Below are positions 59,801 to 64,000 of a stretch of DNA of 64,000 nt, one piece after another. The notes under the pieces are model-generated. The model was not told the DNA's origin. It made no database searches and saw only the letters and a list, made by a program, of their open reading frames with translations. A program made the translations under genes and the position numbers. Position 1 is the first letter of the stretch; every line of letters begins with the position of its first letter. The stretch is from the human T2T-CHM13v2.0 reference genome, Homo sapiens: NCBI RefSeq assembly GCF_009914755.1, contig NC_060925.1; one strand, given 5' to 3'.

Positions 59801-62800
59801 ATGGAATCAAATGGAATCATTGAACGGAATTGAATGGAATCGTCATCGAATGAATTGAATGCAATCATCGAATGGTCTCGAATGGAATCATCTTCAAATG
59901 GAATGGAATGGAATCATCGCATAGAATCGAATGGAATTATCATCGAATGGAATCGAATGGAATCAACATCAAACGGAAAAAAACGGAATTATCGAATGGA
60001 ATCGAAGAGAATCATCGAATGGACCCGAATGGAATCATCTAATGGAATGGAATGGAATAATCCATGGACTCGAATGCAATCATCATCGAATGGAATCGAA
60101 TGGAATCATCGAATGGACTCGAATGGAATAATCATTGAACGGAATCGAATGGAATCGTCATCGGATGGCAATGAATGGAATCATCATCGAATGGAATCGA
60201 ATAGAATTATGGAATGAAATCCAGTGTGATCATCATCGAATGGACCCGAATGGAATCATCATCCAACGGAAGCTAATGGAATCAACATCGAATGAATCAA
60301 ATGGAAATACCATCGAATTGAAACGAATGGAATTACCATGAAATTGAAATGGATGGACTCATCATCGAATGGATTCGAATGGAATCATCGAATAAAATTG
60401 ATTGAAATCATCATCGAATGGAATCGAATGGTATCATTGAATGGAATCGAATGGAATCATCATCAGATGGAAATGAATGGAATCGTCATAGAATGGAATC
60501 GAATGGATTCATTGAATGGAATCAGATGGAATCATTGAATGGACTGGAATGGAATCATTGAATGGACTCGAAAGGGATCATTATTGAATGGAATTGAATG
60601 GAATCATCGAATGGTCTCGATTGGAATCATTATCAAATGGAATCGAATGGAATCACCGAATAGAATCGAATGGAACAATCATCGAATGGACTCAAATGGA
60701 ATTATCCTCAAATGGAATCGAATGGAATTATCGAATGCAATCGAATGGAATTATCGAATGCAATCGAAAAGAATCATCGAATGGACTCGAATGGAATCAT
60801 CGAATGGAATGAAATGGAACAGTCAATGAACTCGAATGGAATCATCATTGAATGGAATCGAATGGAATCATCGAGTGGAATCGAATGGAATTATGATCAA
60901 ATGGAATCGAATGTAATCATCATCAAATGGAATCAAAAATAACCATCATCAATTGGTATTGAATGGAATTGTCATCAAATGGAATTCAAAGGAATCATCA
61001 TCAAATGGAACCGAATGGAATCCTCATTGAATGGAAATGAAAGGGGTCATCATCTAATGGAATCGCATGGAATCATCATCAAATGGAATCGAATGGAATC
61101 ATCATCAAATGGAATCTAATGGAATCATTGAAAGAATTGAATGGAATCATCATCGAATGAATTGAATGCAATCATCGAATGGTCTCGAATGGAATCACCT
61201 TCTAATGGAAAGGAATGGAATCATCGCATAGAATCGAATGGAATTATCATCGAATGGAATCGAATGGTATCAACACCAAACGGAAAAAAACGGAATTATC
61301 GAATGGAATCGAAGAGAATCTTCGAACGGACCCGAATGGAATCATCTAATGGAATGGAATGGAATAATCCATGGACTCGAATGCAATCATCATCGAATGG
61401 AATCGAATGGAATCATCGAATGGACTCGAATGGAATAATCATTGAACGGAATCGAATGGAATCATCATCGGACGGAAACGAATGGAATCATCATCGAATG
61501 GGAATGAAAGGAGTCATCATCTAATGGAATTGCATGGAATCATCATAAAAAGGAATCGAATGGAATCAACATCAAATGGAATCAAATGGAATCATTGAAC
61601 GGAATTGAATGGAATCGTCATCGAATGAATTGAATGCAATCATCGAATGGTCTCAAATGGAATCATCTTCAAATGGAATGGAATGGAATCATCGCATAGA
61701 ATCGAATGGAATTATCATCGAATGTAATCGAATGGAATCAACACCAAACGGAAAAAAACGGAATTATCGAATGGAATCGAAGAGAATCATCGAATGGACC
61801 CGAATGGAATCATCTAATGGAATGGAATGGAATAATCCATGGACTCGAATGCAATCATCATCGAATGGAATCGAATGGAATCATCGAATGGACTCGAATG
61901 GAATAATCATTGAACGGAATCGAATGGAATCATCATCGGATGGAAATGAATGGAATCATCATCGAATGGAATCGAATAGAATTATGGAATGAAATCCAGT
62001 GTGATCATCATCGAATGTACCCGAATGGAATCATCATCCAACGGAAGCTAATGGAATCAACATCGAATGAATCAAATGGAAACACCATCGAATTGAAACA
62101 AATGGAATTACCATGAAATTGAATTGGATGGACTCATCATCAAATGGATTTGAGTGGAATCATCGAATAAAATTGATTGAAATCATCATCGAATGGAATC
62201 GAATGGTATCATTGAATGGAATCGAATGGAATCATCGTCAGATGGAAATGAAAGGAATCGTCATAGAATGGAATCGAATGGATTCATTGAATGGAATCAG
62301 ATGTAATCATTGAATGGACTGGAATGGAATCACTGAATGGACTCGAAAGGGATCATTATTGAATGGAATTGAATGGAATCATCAAATGGTCTCGATTGGA
62401 ATCATTATCAAATGGAATCGAATGGAATCACCGAATAGAATCGAATGGAACAATCATCGAATGGACTCAAATGGAATTATCCTCAAATGGAATTGAATGG
62501 AATTATCGAATGCAATCGAATGGAATTATCGAATGCAATCGAATAGAATCATCGAATGGACTCGAATGGAATCATCGAATGGAATGGAATGGAACAGTCA
62601 ATGAACTCGAATGGAATCATCATTGAATGGAATCGAATGGAATCATCGAGTGGAATCGAATGTAATCATCATCAAATGGAATCAAAAATAACCATCATCA
62701 AATGGAATCAAAAATAACCATCATCAATTGGTATTGAATGGAATTCTCATCAAATGGAATTCAAAGGAATCATCATCAAATGGAACCGAATGGAATCCTC

Positions 62801-64000
62801 ATTGAATGGAAATGAAAGGGGTCATCATCTAATGGAATCGCATGGAATCATCATAAAATGGAAACGAATGGAATCAACATCAAATGGAATCAAATGGAAT
62901 CATTGAACGGAATTGAATGGAATCGTTATCGAATGAATTGAATGCAATCATCGAATGGTCTCGAATGGAATCATCTTCAAATGGAATGGAATGGAATCAT
63001 CGCATAGAATCGAATGAAATTATCATCGAATGGAATCGAATGGAATCAACACCAAACGGAAAAAAACGGAATTATCGAATGGAATCGAAGAGAATCATCG
63101 AATGGACCCGAATGGAATCATCTAATGGAATGGAATGGAATAATCCATGGACTCGAATGCAATCATCATCGAATGGAATCGAATGGAATCATCGAATGGA
63201 CTCGAATGGAATAATCATTGAACGGAATCGAATGGAATCATCATCGGATGGAAACGAATGGAATCATCATCGAATGGAAATGAAAGGAGTCATCATCTAA
63301 TGGAATTGCATGGAATCATCATCAAATGGAATCGAATGGAATCAACATCAAATGGAATCAAATGGAATCATTGAACGGAATTGAATGGAATCGTCATCGA
63401 ATGAATTGAATGCAATCATCGAATGGTCTCGAATGGAATCATCTTCAAATGGAATGGAATGGAATCATCGCATAGAATCGAATGGAATTATCATCGAATG
63501 GAATCGAATGGAATCAACATGAAACGGAAAAAAACGGAATTATCGAATGGAATCGAAGAGAATCATCGAATGGACCCGAAAGGAATCATCTAATGGAATG
63601 GCATGGAATAATCCATGGACTCGAATGCAATCATCATCGAATGGAACCGAATGGAATCATCGAATGGACTCGAATGGAATAATCATTGAACGGAATCGAA
63701 TGGAATCATCATCGGATGGAAATGAAAGGAGTCATCATCTAATGGAATTGCATGGAATCATCATAAAATGGAATCGAATGGAATCAACATCAAATGGAAT
63801 CAAATGGAATCATTGAACGGAATTGAATGGAATCGTCATCGAATGAATTGAATGCAATCATCGAATGGTCTCGAATGGAATCATCTTCAAATGGAATGGA
63901 ATGGAATCATCGCATAGAATCGAATGGAATTATCATCGAATGGAATCGAATGGAATCAACATGAAACGGAAAAAAACGGAATTATCGAATGGAATCGAAG

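Larger units (their letters stand above)
1..64000 (+). repeat. Human satellite II (HSat2, HSat2A-type ~1.77-kb unit) tandem array, pericentromeric heterochromatin; GGAAT strand on +
   Basis: Continuous degenerate GGAAT pentamers with the HSat2-typical ATCATCGAATGG/TCGA motifs (reverse complement CCATTCGATGAT); no unique sequence seen anywhere; ~1776-bp periodicity. Family identification is from known satellite consensus; chr1q12 is inference. Confidence 0.97.

Noticed and set aside
176-63816. Many 60-306 aa ORFs (MEWN/NGIE-rich), all on the + strand
   Set aside because: They are translations of GGAAT pentamers, overlap in several frames, are broken by random stops between copies and show no recognisable domain. 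The strand bias follows from ATG in AATGG on + and TGA (from TCA) on the minus strand.
1-64000. CRISPR-like or other repeat-spacer array
   Set aside because: There are no unique spacers and no cas-like genes; the inter-repeat sequence is itself satellite.
1-64000. HSat3, telomeric or alpha-satellite identity
   Set aside because: Pure GGAAT runs are only about three copies long, ATCATCG/TCGA motifs dominate, and there is no TTAGGG or 171-bp monomer.
1-64000. Embedded Alu/L1 insertion or strand inversion
   Set aside because: No poly(A) tail, non-satellite segment or switch to ATTCC was seen on reading through the window.

Overview
The whole 64-kb window is one uninterrupted, single-orientation array of classical human satellite II (HSat2), shown on the GGAAT strand. 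It is built from degenerate (GGAAT)n pentamers grouped into 23/26-bp monomers such as GAATGGAATCATCATCGAATGGAATC. A unique landmark (ATGAAATTGAAATGGATGGAC) recurs 35 times and defines a ~1.78-kb higher-order unit with one conserved EcoRI site. This fits the HSat2A 1.77-kb repeat, most likely the chr1q12 pericentromeric block; the chromosome is inferred from unit size, not shown by the sequence. I found no credible genes, RNA genes, transposons, CRISPR arrays or strand inversions, and all listed ORFs are translations of the repeat. I see no novel protein-coding system. What is informative is the array architecture: unit lengths are quantised (1308/1776/1923/2218/2686 bp and others) by modules of 468, 442 and 147 bp, there are several multi-kb internal duplications with locatable junctions, a recurrent length-neutral 26-bp register shift, and a switch of variant types near 38 kb. 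All counts and alignments were made by eye and from the ORF-track offsets.
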